NCBI GenBank assembly: GCA_963767925.1
Contig: CAVYGB010000010.1
Location: 1,696,001 to 1,760,000 of the forward strand
From: an uncultured delta proteobacterium
Lineage (GTDB): Bacteria; Myxococcota_A; Polyangia; Fen-1088
DNA: 64,000 nucleotides
Direction: 5' to 3'
Made by a program: the position numbers and the translations under genes. Below, one piece after another: positions 54,797-64,000 of the stretch. How positions within the stretch are numbered: the first letter of the stretch is position 1; each line of letters starts with the position of its first letter. Below the pieces are notes generated by a model. That model made no database searches, was not told the origin of the DNA, and worked only from the letters and a program-made list of their open reading frames with translations.

Positions 54797-56188
54797 CTAG
54801 CGGCTGGGTGGATCGCCCAGGGGGAGGCGGACCCAGAAGGTGGTCCCCTGGTCGGGCACGGTCTCGTAGGAGAGCGAGCCGCTGTGCTTGTCGACAACGA
54901 GGGTGCGGGCGATCGAGAGGCCGAGGCCGGTCCCCTTGCCCACGTCCTTGGTGGTGAAGAAGGGGTCGAAGATCTTGTCGCCGATGTGGGCCGGGATGCC
55001 GCAGCCCGTGTCGCTGACCCCGACCAGCACGTGACCGTCGACAACCGAGGAGACGACGGTGATGGTGCCGCGCTCGGGGTTGCGCTTCTGCAGGTCGGCG
55101 ATGGCGTGGGCGGCGTTGACCACCAGGTTGAGAAACACCTGGTTGAGATCGCCGGGGTGGCAGAGGAGCTGGGGGACGTCGCCGAGCTGCATCTTGAGCT
55201 CGGCGATGTGCCGGTACTCCGGGCGGGCCACCACCGCGGTGGTGGTGAGGAGCTGGTTGACGTTGGCCAGGATCTTCTCGCGCGACTCGGCCCGGCCGAA
55301 GGCCTTCACCGCGTGCACGATCTCGGCCACCCGGCGGATCCCCTCGACGCTGCGCTCGAGGGCGCGGGGCACCTCGGCGGTGAGGAAGTCGAGCTCGATC
55401 TCCTCCTCTATCTCGGCGATGCCCGCGAGCATGTCGAGCTCCACCGGCTGCCCGCTCACAACCCGGTCGCGCAGGGCCTGGAAGCGGCCCAGCAGGCGGG
55501 CCAGGTCGTCCATCGCCCCGCGCACGAAGTGGACGCTGTCGCCCACGAACTGCACCGGGGTGTTGATCTCGTGGGCGATGCCTGCGGCGAGCTGACCCAC
55601 CGCCGCGAGCTTCTCGGAGAGGGTCGACTGCCGGGTGAGCCGGGCGTTCTCCAGGGCGAGCATGATCTGCGAGGCGAGCACCGCCGCCGCCTCGAGGTCG
55701 GGGGGCCCGAAGGGGTGATTGCCCGAGAGGCGGTTGAAGGTGACGACGCCGAGCAGCCGGCCGGCCGACACCAGCGGGTAAACGATGGAGGAGAGGACCC
55801 GACCATGCCCGTCGACGTGTTGCCCCTGCAAGATGAGGGGTTGCTGCGACTGGGCCACCCGGCTGGCGATCCCCTCGCCGATCCCGGTGCGGATGCGGGG
55901 TACGACATCGGGCGGCAGCCCCGAGGCGTGGGCCAGGGCCAGGGTGCCGTCGGGGCGGGGCAGCATCAGCGACACCGCCTCCGCGTCCATCACCCGGATG
56001 GCCGCCTCGACGATGGCGGCGGGGAGCTGCTCCATGTCCCGGGTCGCGAAGATGGTCCGGGTGGCCTCGAAGGAGTGCATCGATCGCTTGACCGGATCGG
56101 CCGCGGGCGGCGGCTCGGTGGGGGGCCCGGCAGGCTCCGGCGCGGTGGATCCAGCCGCCGGGACGAGCGGGGTCTGCGCGGAATCCAT
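54797..56188 (-). CDS. Cytoplasmic GAF-domain sensor histidine kinase
   Basis: GAF region; AHEINTP, NLVVNAAHA, DTGCG, FFTTK, GTGLGL. Confidence 0.92.
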   Translation of the reverse strand: MDSAQTPLVPAAGSTAPEPAGPPTEPPPAADPVKRSMHSFEATRTIFATRDMEQLPAAIVEAAIRVMDAEAVSLMLPRPDGTLALAHASGLPPDVVPRIRTGIGEGIASRVAQSQQPLILQGQHVDGHGRVLSSIVYPLVSAGRLLGVVTFNRLSGNHPFGPPDLEAAAVLASQIMLALENARLTRQSTLSEKLAAVGQLAAGIAHEINTPVQFVGDSVHFVRGAMDDLARLLGRFQALRDRVVSGQPVELDMLAGIAEIEEEIELDFLTAEVPRALERSVEGIRRVAEIVHAVKAFGRAESREKILANVNQLLTTTAVVARPEYRHIAELKMQLGDVPQLLCHPGDLNQVFLNLVVNAAHAIADLQKRNPERGTITVVSSVVDGHVLVGVSDTGCGIPAHIGDKIFDPFFTTKDVGKGTGLGLSIARTLVVDKHSGSLSYETVPDQGTTFWVRLPLGDPPSR

Positions 56189-56348
56189 CGTTCCGCGGTT
56201 CGTCAGTTGCGGCAGCGAGCTTGAATGCAGCAGCGGTGTGGGGGCGACCCCGCAGCCATCGCACCTGGTTTGCCGGGATACTCGCGCCGGCTCGTGGCCT
56301 CCCCTTATACTCGCCGCGCTTCGACGTTACCAATTCAAGGAGGATCGG

Positions 56349-56564
56349 ATGAAACAGACAATGAAGAAGCTCGGCACGCTCGTACTCCTGGCTGCGACCT
56401 GTGGGGGCGTCTTCGGCTGCGCCTACGCCGGCGTGGCGACCGCGCCCGATGGGTCGGTCTACATCGCACGCAACGACCTGTTCCTGCTGGGGCTGCTGCG
56501 CAAGGTTTACGTGTGCAAGCCGGCCGGTGCGGGCCTGGTCTGCACCGAAGCCGCCTCGCCCTAG
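56349..56564 (+). CDS. Small putative lipoprotein (71 aa)
   Basis: RBS AAGGAGG; MKKLGTLVLL..VFGC lipobox-like; typical codon usage. Confidence 0.7.
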   Translation: MKQTMKKLGTLVLLAATCGGVFGCAYAGVATAPDGSVYIARNDLFLLGLLRKVYVCKPAGAGLVCTEAASP

Positions 56565-56583
56565 CGCGCCCGGTGAAGCCGGC

Positions 56584-57099
56584 TCAAGGACCGCGGCGGC
56601 TGCGCCAGACGTGAAACAGCAGCCCGAGCGGAACCCGGAGAAACAAGCTGGCCGATCGCGCGCCGGGTCCCCGCTGAAACACCTGCGCCTGTAGGTGCAG
56701 GAAGCTGAACCCGACGCCCAGGCCAGCACCGAATCCCCCCTCGGTGAGGTCGCGCATCACGGTGGCGGTGGCTCCCAGGCCACTTTGCACCGAGGCAAGC
56801 TGCGCGGCGACACCGAGGGTGGCCCGGCCCCCCCGCTGCACCCCCGCCTCCACCGTGGTGCCCAGCACCCGCTGCCCATCGAACCACCCCAGCCCGAGGC
56901 CCAGGCGCCCGAAGGCGAGCGTGCGGGAAGGCTCGAGCTGCCGCGTCCCTCCCAGGTCGAGGTCGAGCGCCAGATACCGGCGCGTCGGTTCGGCCACCAT
57001 GGGGATCTGCGCCCGCGCTGTCCGTGCAGCAGCAGTGAAGGTGAGGGCGAACGTGAAGATGAGGGCGGAGCGCGAGAAGAGCCAGGTGCAGAGCCGCAT
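56584..57099 (-). CDS. Hypothetical exported, beta-strand-rich protein
   Basis: Signal peptide ending ARA; alternating Gly/hydrophobic strands. Confidence 0.55.
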   Translation of the reverse strand: MRLCTWLFSRSALIFTFALTFTAAARTARAQIPMVAEPTRRYLALDLDLGGTRQLEPSRTLAFGRLGLGLGWFDGQRVLGTTVEAGVQRGGRATLGVAAQLASVQSGLGATATVMRDLTEGGFGAGLGVGFSFLHLQAQVFQRGPGARSASLFLRVPLGLLFHVWRSRRGP

Positions 57100-57188
57100 G
57101 AGGATGTGCCGGCGGCCCGGTATAGCGGGTTTTTCCGCGACGGGCGAAGGAGCCCACTCTCCGGAGAATTTCGAACGAGTCCCACGCC

Positions 57189-57437
57189 CCGGAGCCCCTC
57201 ACCCCACCCCCCCCGCAACAGCATCTGGAACAGGATGTTGGGGATCTGCTTGCGCAGCAGGGCCAGCCGCTCCCAGGGCTCTCGCCACTTCGCGGGGCGA
57301 GGGCGAACGGACTACGACCGGCGAGAACCTCGGCCGAATCCGCCGTAGAGCCCGGCTCGGGATGACGACCGGGCCACCAGGAAAATTGTTCGCCCTCGCC
57401 CCGCGGCAGCGGGGAGAGGGCGGGGTGAGGGGCTCCG
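57189..57437. repeat. Inverted REP-like doublet; left copy interrupted by a 70-bp insert
   Basis: CCGGAGCCCCTCACCCC (57189-57205) is the exact reverse complement of 57422-57438; right copy intact; left hairpin resumes at 57279. Confidence 0.75.
57210..57278 (-). other. Isolated pyruvate carboxylase-like gene fragment (23 codons)
   Basis: Minus strand translates to PWERLALLRKQIPNILFQMLLRG; no recognisable flanking pyc sequence. Confidence 0.8.
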
Positions 57438-57633
57438 GCGCTCCCGGGTCGAACCGTTCGGCGCGAGCCGCCGTGGGATCGCCTTCACGCAGGGCCGTTC
57501 GCTCGTTCAGGTCCGGCGCCCCGGCCAGTCGGGAGGTTCTGGTGTGTTTTCGGGGGGATGCGTGGGTGGTGCCGCGGGAGCGCGGGTCCGGTAAGATGGC
57601 GGCTTTCGCGCGCCCCGAGAACGGATCTCTTCC

Positions 57634-59067
57634 ATGTCGATACTCCGCTTCGTGTTTTCGGCGAACCCGTCGGGGTGGCCGGGTTCTGGGGCCAGCGATC
57701 CGACCGGGAGGGGCAAAGCCGGCCCGTTACCTGGCCACGCGGAAGGGCCTCGGGCCAGCGGTGGAGGGATCGAGCTCCGGCGAAGGCGAGACGTTCGCCG
57801 GCGGTGGGTCGGGCGTTTCGGCATCGCTCTGCTGGGTGCGGGGTTGAGCCTGAGCGCGCCGGGGACTGCGCGGGCGACCTATTCGATCGTGGCGGCCGAT
57901 CGGGCCAGTCAGCAGGTGGGCGGGGCGGTGACCTCCTGCGTGTCGCCCAACGGGGTGGGCGGGGTGTACGGATCGGCGCCGGGGCGGGGCGCGGTGGCGT
58001 CGCAGGCGGCCAGCAACCGCGCCGGGCGCGACCGGGCGGTTCAGCTCCTCCTGATGGGCGTGGCCCCAGCGCAGATCATCGCCAACCTCACGTCGTCGGC
58101 GTTCGACCCGGGCTCGGCCCGGCGGCAATACGGCGTCGTCGACATGATGGGGCGGGCGGCCGGACACTCCGGCACCGGCAACGGCGTGTTCTCCAACGAC
58201 GTGCAGGGCGACGTCGAAGGCTTCACCTATTCGATCCAGGGCAACATCCTGACCGGCGCCGGCGTGCTCGACCAGGCGGTGGCCGCGTTCCAGGGCGAGG
58301 CCTGTGACCTGGCCGAACGCCTCATGCGCGCCCTCGAGGCAGGCGCCGCCAACAACCAGGGCGACCGCCGCTGCACCACCGCCGGCGCGCCCTCGGACAG
58401 CGCCTTCATCCAGGTCGATCGCCCCGGCGAGCCCGCCGGCAGCTACCTGCGCCTGTCGGTCGTGACCCCCCGTCGCACCAGCCCCCTGCCCGGCCTCCGC
58501 GCCCAGTTCAACACCTGGCGCCGCACCAACCCCTGCCCCGACGCCACCCCGCCCCCCAACCCCTCTCCCCCACCCGACGCCGCCCCCCCACCCCCACCCG
58601 ACGCCGGCCCCGGCGCCCCCACCCGCCCCCTCGACGCCCGCCCCCCCACCACCGACGCCACCGCAGGCAACGGCGGCAACGCTGGCAGCAGCGGCAACGC
58701 AGGCAGCAGCGGCAACGCTGGCAACAGCGGCAACGCAGGTAGCGGCAGCGCAGGCAGCAGCGGCAACGCTGGCAACGGCAACGCCAACCCAGGCACCAGC
58801 GGCCCCGGCAACGGCAACCCGGGCAGCGGAGGCGCCAGCGGCCAGGTTGGCACCGGCGGCACCGCCCCCGGCCCCACCCCGCCCCCTTCCCCCCCCGCCG
58901 GCACCCCGGGCCGCCCACCCGGCGAATCCCCGACTGCCGAGAGCCCACCCCCCATGCCCCCCGGCTGCGACTGCCGCACGGGCGCCACCGGCCACCCGGC
59001 CCCCCTCCCCACCCTCGTGCTCGCCGCCCTCGGCCTCATCCTCACCCGCCGCCGCCGCACCCCCTGA
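57634..59067 (+). CDS. DUF1028 (Ntn-hydrolase-like) protein with Pro- and Gly/Asn/Ser-rich linker and MYXO-CTERM-like tail (start uncertain)
   Basis: ARA|TYSIVA, GAVASQA, RQYGVVD, QGNIL, ALEAG...GDRRC; GCDC + hydrophobic + RRRR C-terminus. Confidence 0.8.
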   Translation: MSILRFVFSANPSGWPGSGASDPTGRGKAGPLPGHAEGPRASGGGIELRRRRDVRRRWVGRFGIALLGAGLSLSAPGTARATYSIVAADRASQQVGGAVTSCVSPNGVGGVYGSAPGRGAVASQAASNRAGRDRAVQLLLMGVAPAQIIANLTSSAFDPGSARRQYGVVDMMGRAAGHSGTGNGVFSNDVQGDVEGFTYSIQGNILTGAGVLDQAVAAFQGEACDLAERLMRALEAGAANNQGDRRCTTAGAPSDSAFIQVDRPGEPAGSYLRLSVVTPRRTSPLPGLRAQFNTWRRTNPCPDATPPPNPSPPPDAAPPPPPDAGPGAPTRPLDARPPTTDATAGNGGNAGSSGNAGSSGNAGNSGNAGSGSAGSSGNAGNGNANPGTSGPGNGNPGSGGASGQVGTGGTAPGPTPPPSPPAGTPGRPPGESPTAESPPPMPPGCDCRTGATGHPAPLPTLVLAALGLILTRRRRTP

Positions 59068-59105
59068 TCCGCTCCCTCCGCCGGATCCCGTTCACAGCAC
59101 CAGAC

Positions 59106-59218
59106 CGTGCACGGGATCCGCCAGACGTGCACGACTCACGTGCTCGGGCCTCCATCGGACGTGCACGACTCACGGGCGCGTGCTCGAAAACGTGCCCGGC
59201 ACCCGTCAGGCGTGCCCG
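59106..59218. repeat. Cluster of seven CGTGC(A/T/C)CG motifs including a 17-bp direct repeat
   Basis: GACGTGCACGACTCACG at 59124 and 59158. Confidence 0.55.
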
Positions 59219-59302
59219 ACTTCCACCGCTCGCAACCACCACGCCGCTGGAAGCCGCCACCGATCGCGCCGTCGCGAGCGGGCGGGCCGAGCCCCCCGGC
59301 AA

Positions 59303-60448
59303 TCAGCGTTCGGTAGCGCGCCGGAGCAGGTCGTCCAGGGGCCCATCTACCAGCGATGGCGGGGGGACCCTGGGGTCGGCGTCGGGATCTTCGCCGGTCC
59401 AGCGGAAGGTGACGGCGCTGGCGAGGTCGAGCTCGGCCTGGGGGTGGAGGCGGAGCTGGCGGATGTGGGTTCCGGCGGCGGTGGTGCCGTTGCTGCTGGC
59501 GGTGTCGATGGCCCAGATCTGGTTGCCGTCGCGCAGGAGCAGGAGGTGGACGCGGGAGAGGCGGTCGTCGCCGGCGCCGAAGGCGCAGCGTTCGTAGCGG
59601 CCGATGAGCAGGCCACGCTGGAGGTCGGCGGCGTGGACGTCGTAGCGCTCGCGCAGGCCGCCGGCGGTCAGCAGGACGCGGCCGATCAGGGGGCCGCGGG
59701 TGCCGGGGGGTGGACGCTTGTAGCGGAGCTGGGTGGGTGGGTCGACGATCTGGGTGGTGATGGTGCGGCCGGCGGGGGCGGGGACCAGGCGCACCGAGGG
59801 GGGGTATTTGCCGGCGCGGCTGGAGGTGCGCCGGTCGAAATACACCCGCTCGGGGATGGCGGCCCAGGCATGGGCGGCGGGGGCGCCCCAGGGAAGCGGC
59901 GCCAGGCGGCCGGTGGGCAGCAGGAAGAGCTGATAGTCGCCGACCGACACGAAGGCGGCGCCTTCGGAGGTCAGGGCTTCGCAGGCGTAGCCGTCTTCGG
60001 TCCGCATGCCCACCCCGGTCGCGAGGTCGCACAGGCGCAGTTGCAGGCCGCCGCCGGCGGTGCGGATGCCGACCACGAGGTGACGGAGCGAGACGGCCTC
60101 GTCGTATTCGAGGGTCAAGTCGCAAGCGGTGTGCCGCCCGATGGTGATGAACTCGACTTCGCTGTCGGTTGTGGCGGGACGCCCGGCGGCCGGCGCTGCG
60201 GCGGCGTGGCCCGGGGGCCGCGTGGGCTCGGCGGCGAGCGGAACGTGCAGGTGCGCTTCCACGGTCTGGCCGGCGAACACGGCGACCACCAGCAGGCCGT
60301 CCCCGGGCAGGCCGGTCATCAACGCATCCAGCTCGGGGAAGATGCGCGCGAAGACGTCCTGGAAGGAGACCTTCGCCCGGTTGGGGAGTGCCACCACCGT
60401 CCCCCGGTTGGCGGGCGACGGGCCGGGCGAGGGATGAGATCGACTCAT
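59303..60448 (-). CDS. Double FHA-domain protein
   Basis: TIGRH...VSLRH and LIGRY...LSRVH...DTASSNGT. Confidence 0.82.
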   Translation of the reverse strand: MSRSHPSPGPSPANRGTVVALPNRAKVSFQDVFARIFPELDALMTGLPGDGLLVVAVFAGQTVEAHLHVPLAAEPTRPPGHAAAAPAAGRPATTDSEVEFITIGRHTACDLTLEYDEAVSLRHLVVGIRTAGGGLQLRLCDLATGVGMRTEDGYACEALTSEGAAFVSVGDYQLFLLPTGRLAPLPWGAPAAHAWAAIPERVYFDRRTSSRAGKYPPSVRLVPAPAGRTITTQIVDPPTQLRYKRPPPGTRGPLIGRVLLTAGGLRERYDVHAADLQRGLLIGRYERCAFGAGDDRLSRVHLLLLRDGNQIWAIDTASSNGTTAAGTHIRQLRLHPQAELDLASAVTFRWTGEDPDADPRVPPPSLVDGPLDDLLRRATER

Positions 60449-60670
60449 CGAATCTGAAGTTTCCACCGCCGCATGGCGAATCGCAAGCCTCCTTGGATAC
60501 AAGCATTGCGCCGGCAAGCTCAGCCGGACACCCTCGGTCGACGCCCTCCGAGGATCGCGCCGCGAGGGGGCGGCAGAGGGGCGGGCGTTACAAACGGTGT
60601 CAGCACCGAGTTTGCGGGCTGTGTGAGCGGCGTCATCTGGCACGCGGCTCGCCGCCTCTATCGTGACGCC

Positions 60671-61891
60671 ATGGCGCGCTCCCGTCGGATCGCTCCGCTC
60701 CTGTGGGCCGGCCTGGTCGTGCTGGCGGGGTGCCCGGAGCAGCCGCCAGGACCGGAGGGACCCGGGAGAGGGCCGCCCGTGGGGCCGGGATCGACGGGGG
60801 ATGGGGGGCCCGGGGACGCGCAGCCTTCGGGGCCGCTGGGTCCCGGTACCGGCGACGCCAGCCCCGATTCGCCGCGCGACCCGGGCACGCCAGGCACGCC
60901 GCCGCATCCCGGCTCCCCATCCGACGCCGCGGCGCCGCCAGGGTCTCCGCCCCCCGGCCCCGTACCGCCGGGCGCGCCACCGTCTCCGCCTCCACCGGGT
61001 CCGCCTCCGGGTGGTCCGCCGGCGCCATCACCTCCGATGCCGCCGCCTGGTCCGGCACCTCCGCCCGCGCCACCTGGCCCGCCGCCTTCTCCTCCTGCAC
61101 CACCTGGCCAGCCGCCTTCTCCTCCTGCACCCCCTGGTTCGCCGCCCGGCGCTCCCCCAGCTCCACCGGGCAGCCCGCCCCCGCCCTCACCTCCCGTTTC
61201 GCCGCCGGCTCCAACGCCAGGCCCTGGCCCCGCGCCACCGCCACCACCACCTCCGCCGCCCGCGCCACCTCCGCCGCCCGGCTCCCCACCCGCGCCGCCG
61301 CCGCCAGGTCCACCGCCGCCGCCACCCGCTCCGGCACCCCCGCCACCCGCTCCGCCGTCGGTTCCACCTCCAGCCTCTCCTCCTGCGCCGCCACCACCGC
61401 CCCCACCCCCGCCACCCTCACCTCCCCCCCCCGCGGCGTACCTCGATCAGTGTTTCCAGGGGCTGCGGGCGCATCGGGGGTCCTTTCAGCTCGCGACAAA
61501 GATCAGCGGCGACGGCGCCTACTCCATGCGCATCGCCCTCGAGACGGGGACCCGCTTCGGCACCTCCGGCACCTACGCCTGGCTCCCGATCCGCTTCGCC
61601 CTGGTCACCCCCACCGAACGCCTCTGCATCACCGACGAGGCGGCCCTCGCCCGCGCCTACCAGATCTCCGCGCGCCACAACTGCGGCGACGTCCTCGAGA
61701 TCAGCGACAACGACCGCCGCTACCAGATCCGCGCGCCCGACACCCGCACCTCGGCGCCGGCTCGCACCATCGCGACGCTCTCCATCTACCAGAGCGCTGC
61801 CCTGGTCCACGGCCCATCCGCCCTGCCGACCGCCCGCTGTGCCACGGCCGTCCCCGGCGCCCCCTGCATCAGCGGCGGGCCCTGCGACTGA
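60671..61891 (+). CDS. Proline-rich lipoprotein with Cys-containing C-terminal domain
   Basis: LAGC lipobox; long Pro-rich stalk; possible sigma54 site TGGCACGCGGCTCGC at 60638. Confidence 0.75.
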   Translation: MARSRRIAPLLWAGLVVLAGCPEQPPGPEGPGRGPPVGPGSTGDGGPGDAQPSGPLGPGTGDASPDSPRDPGTPGTPPHPGSPSDAAAPPGSPPPGPVPPGAPPSPPPPGPPPGGPPAPSPPMPPPGPAPPPAPPGPPPSPPAPPGQPPSPPAPPGSPPGAPPAPPGSPPPPSPPVSPPAPTPGPGPAPPPPPPPPPAPPPPPGSPPAPPPPGPPPPPPAPAPPPPAPPSVPPPASPPAPPPPPPPPPPSPPPPAAYLDQCFQGLRAHRGSFQLATKISGDGAYSMRIALETGTRFGTSGTYAWLPIRFALVTPTERLCITDEAALARAYQISARHNCGDVLEISDNDRRYQIRAPDTRTSAPARTIATLSIYQSAALVHGPSALPTARCATAVPGAPCISGGPCD

Positions 61892-61909
61892 CCCTCCCGG
61901 CGGTGGGGC

Positions 61910-63518
61910 CTACTTGTTGCCGCTGCCGTCCAGCCAGGGGTTGGAGCGGTCTATCGTGCGGCGGGGTTGCGGTCTGCTGGTGGCGGCGGGCCGGTCGCCG
62001 TAGGGGTTGTCGCCGTCGAGGCGGCGCTTGTTGAGCTGGCGGGCGCGCGCCGGGTTGGGCGCGAGATCCAGATTCCGCCTGACGGCGGGCGGCCAGGGCC
62101 CGGTTGCGGCGAGAGAAGGCGCGGACCGGGCGGGCGGGGGGCGCGTCGTCGGCGCGCGAGGGGTTCGGGTCGAAGGTGGGCGGGGTCTCGAGGGTCGGTG
62201 GCAGCACCGGAGGGACCGGATGGGCGGGGGGCGCGGCGGGGCGGGCGATGGGGGCCAGCTCGGTTTGCGGCACCTCGTAGGCGCGCAGGAAGCGCTGGAC
62301 GCCGAAGATGGCCAGGGCGGCGAAGGCGGCGGCCCCGAGCGCGCCCCAGAAGGCCTTCGTGCGCAAGATGGCGGGGTGCTTCTCGAGCTTGGTGGGGAAG
62401 CCCTCGAGCTCGAGGCGGGCGTAATAGGGATCGCTGTGGGCGGTGAGCAGCCGGCCCGAGGCGGTCTCCCGGCGGGGCAAGGGCATGGTGCCAGCGCCGG
62501 TCGCCAGGCCAACCCGGTCGCGCGGCAGGAGCTGCGCCTCGAGGATCTTGCTCAGCCGCTCGCGCTCGTCGGCGAACAGCGGCTCGACGAAGGCGCCGAG
62601 CTGGGCCCGCGAGACGGTCACGTTGTGCTGCTGCATGTATTTCAGCAGGGCGCCCCGGAAGTCCTGGGCGGTCGACCAGCGCCCCTCGGGGTGGGCGTGG
62701 ATGGCGCGCGCGCAGATCCACTTCAGATCTTCAGGGACGTCGGCGCTGGTTGGCAGCGGCGGGATCTCGCGCGAGGCGAGGCAATGGGCGATGGCCGGGC
62801 CGCCGAGGTCACCCCACAGCGAGCGGCCCGCCAGCCCCTCCCACAACATCACGCCGGCGGCGAAGATGTCGGCGCGCCGGTCTACGGTCTCGCCGAGCAT
62901 CTGCTCGGGCGGCATCTTGGTGAGCTTGCCCTTGTAGAAGCCGGCCTCGGTGTGGCTGAGCGACTCCAGCGTCTTGGCGATGCCGAAGTCGAGGACCTTG
63001 CACTCGCCCAGCCGGGTGATGATCACGTTCTCCGGCGAGAGGTCCCGGTGCACGACGAGCAGCGGCTTGCCGTCGTAGCCACACAGCTCGTGGGCATGGT
63101 GCAGCCCCTCGAGCACGTTGCACATGATCTCGAGCTCGATGGGGGGCGGGACGCGGCCGTTGCCGGCGTAGCGCTGCCGGAGCTGCTGCACGGTCGGGCC
63201 GGGCAGGTGCTCCATCACCAGGAAGTGCCCGCCCTGCTCCTCTCCGATCTCGTAGGTCTGGACGATGTTGGGATGCGAGAGGCGCGCGGCCAGGCGAGCC
63301 TCATCGAGGAACATCGCCACGTGCTGGGGATCGTCGGCGTTGCGCAGCCGCTTGATCACGAACAGCTTGCTGAACCCGGCGGGCCCTTCGGACATCGCCA
63401 GGTAGAGGTCAGCCATCCCTCCGTGGCCGAGCTCCGCCAGCACTCGATACTTTCCCAGAACGAGCTGCCTACCACTCACTTGGTTTTTCCCACTCCACAT
63501 CGCAATTGCCCGGGGCAT
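61910..63518 (-). CDS. Ser/Thr protein kinase with TM segment (probable frameshift at ~62035-62100)
   Basis: GHGGMADLY, VIKR, HRDLSPEN, DFG, DIFAAG; codon bias favours the frame ending at 61910 (..DGDNPY..SNPW..). Confidence 0.88.
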
Positions 63519-63703
63519 GGATTTATACCCTCAGTCCCCCCGAGCGCGCCGCGCTAACTCACATGGCGAGCGAACGGTGTTCGGCCCCTCGAGCGCGCGG
63601 CGCCCGCGGTACCGTTTCGGCGCCCGCCCACCGCTGTTGCCGCAGGGTGCCTCGACTCGCCGGCGGCCTCGTGTTCAAGCTGCGGAGGGTCAAAGCCGAT
63701 CTG

Positions 63704-64000
63704 ATGGGCATGACAAAGGCCCGTCACCTCGCCACCTTGCCCCTGGCCGCGGCGGCCCTTGTCGCGACCGCCGGCCTGACCACGGGCTGCCAGGACGAGT
63801 CAGGTGGTGCGCGCACCGTCACGCTTGGCGCGGTCATCGATCGGAGCGGCACCCAGGCCTGGCCGGGCTGGATGGAGGCCATCCGGCTCGCGGTCAGCCA
63901 CGGCAACCAGGCGCTGTCGGAGAACGTCTTCAAGGGGCTGCAGTTCCGCGTGACCCTCGCGGACTCGAAGAACGACCCGGCGGTGGCGCTCCCCCGGGCG
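63704..64000 (+). CDS. LivK-type substrate-binding lipoprotein, N-terminal part (runs off the window)
   Basis: LTTGC lipobox, VTLGAVIDRSG, AIRLAV, LADSKNDP. Confidence 0.7.
   Translation, partial: MGMTKARHLATLPLAAAALVATAGLTTGCQDESGGARTVTLGAVIDRSGTQAWPGWMEAIRLAVSHGNQALSENVFKGLQFRVTLADSKNDPAVALPRA

Noticed and set aside
53472..56188. Convergent REC-HDOD and GAF histidine kinase as a novel system
   Set aside because: Common domain architectures; their pairing is unproven

Overview
GC-rich bacterial chromosomal DNA, most likely Myxococcota/Polyangia-like. This is inferred from three eukaryotic-type Ser/Thr kinases, FHA and TPR proteins, a MYXO-CTERM-like tail, an MrpC-like regulator and the ccsA-hemA-hemC order. 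The window holds about 50 genes. Housekeeping genes include hemAC, trxA, dksA, clpX, pdxA, glmS, ilvBN, uvrA, a UDP-sugar dehydrogenase, HU and a natAB-like ABC transporter; the rest are signalling, lipid-modifying and secreted proteins. clpX, ilvB, uvrA and four other genes carry small frameshifts that look like long-read assembly errors. I found no rRNA, tRNA, CRISPR array or transposase. The most interesting signals are non-coding: (1) two families of 164-165 bp CTAG-bounded palindromic elements with unrelated arms but the same 53/50/53-54 geometry and a covarying tandem-G.A hairpin core; (2) a CCCTCACCC-type REP-like repeat, one copy of which holds a ~70-bp pyruvate carboxylase gene fragment; (3) a structured 5' leader able to sequester the ribosome-binding site of an ankyrin-repeat gene.
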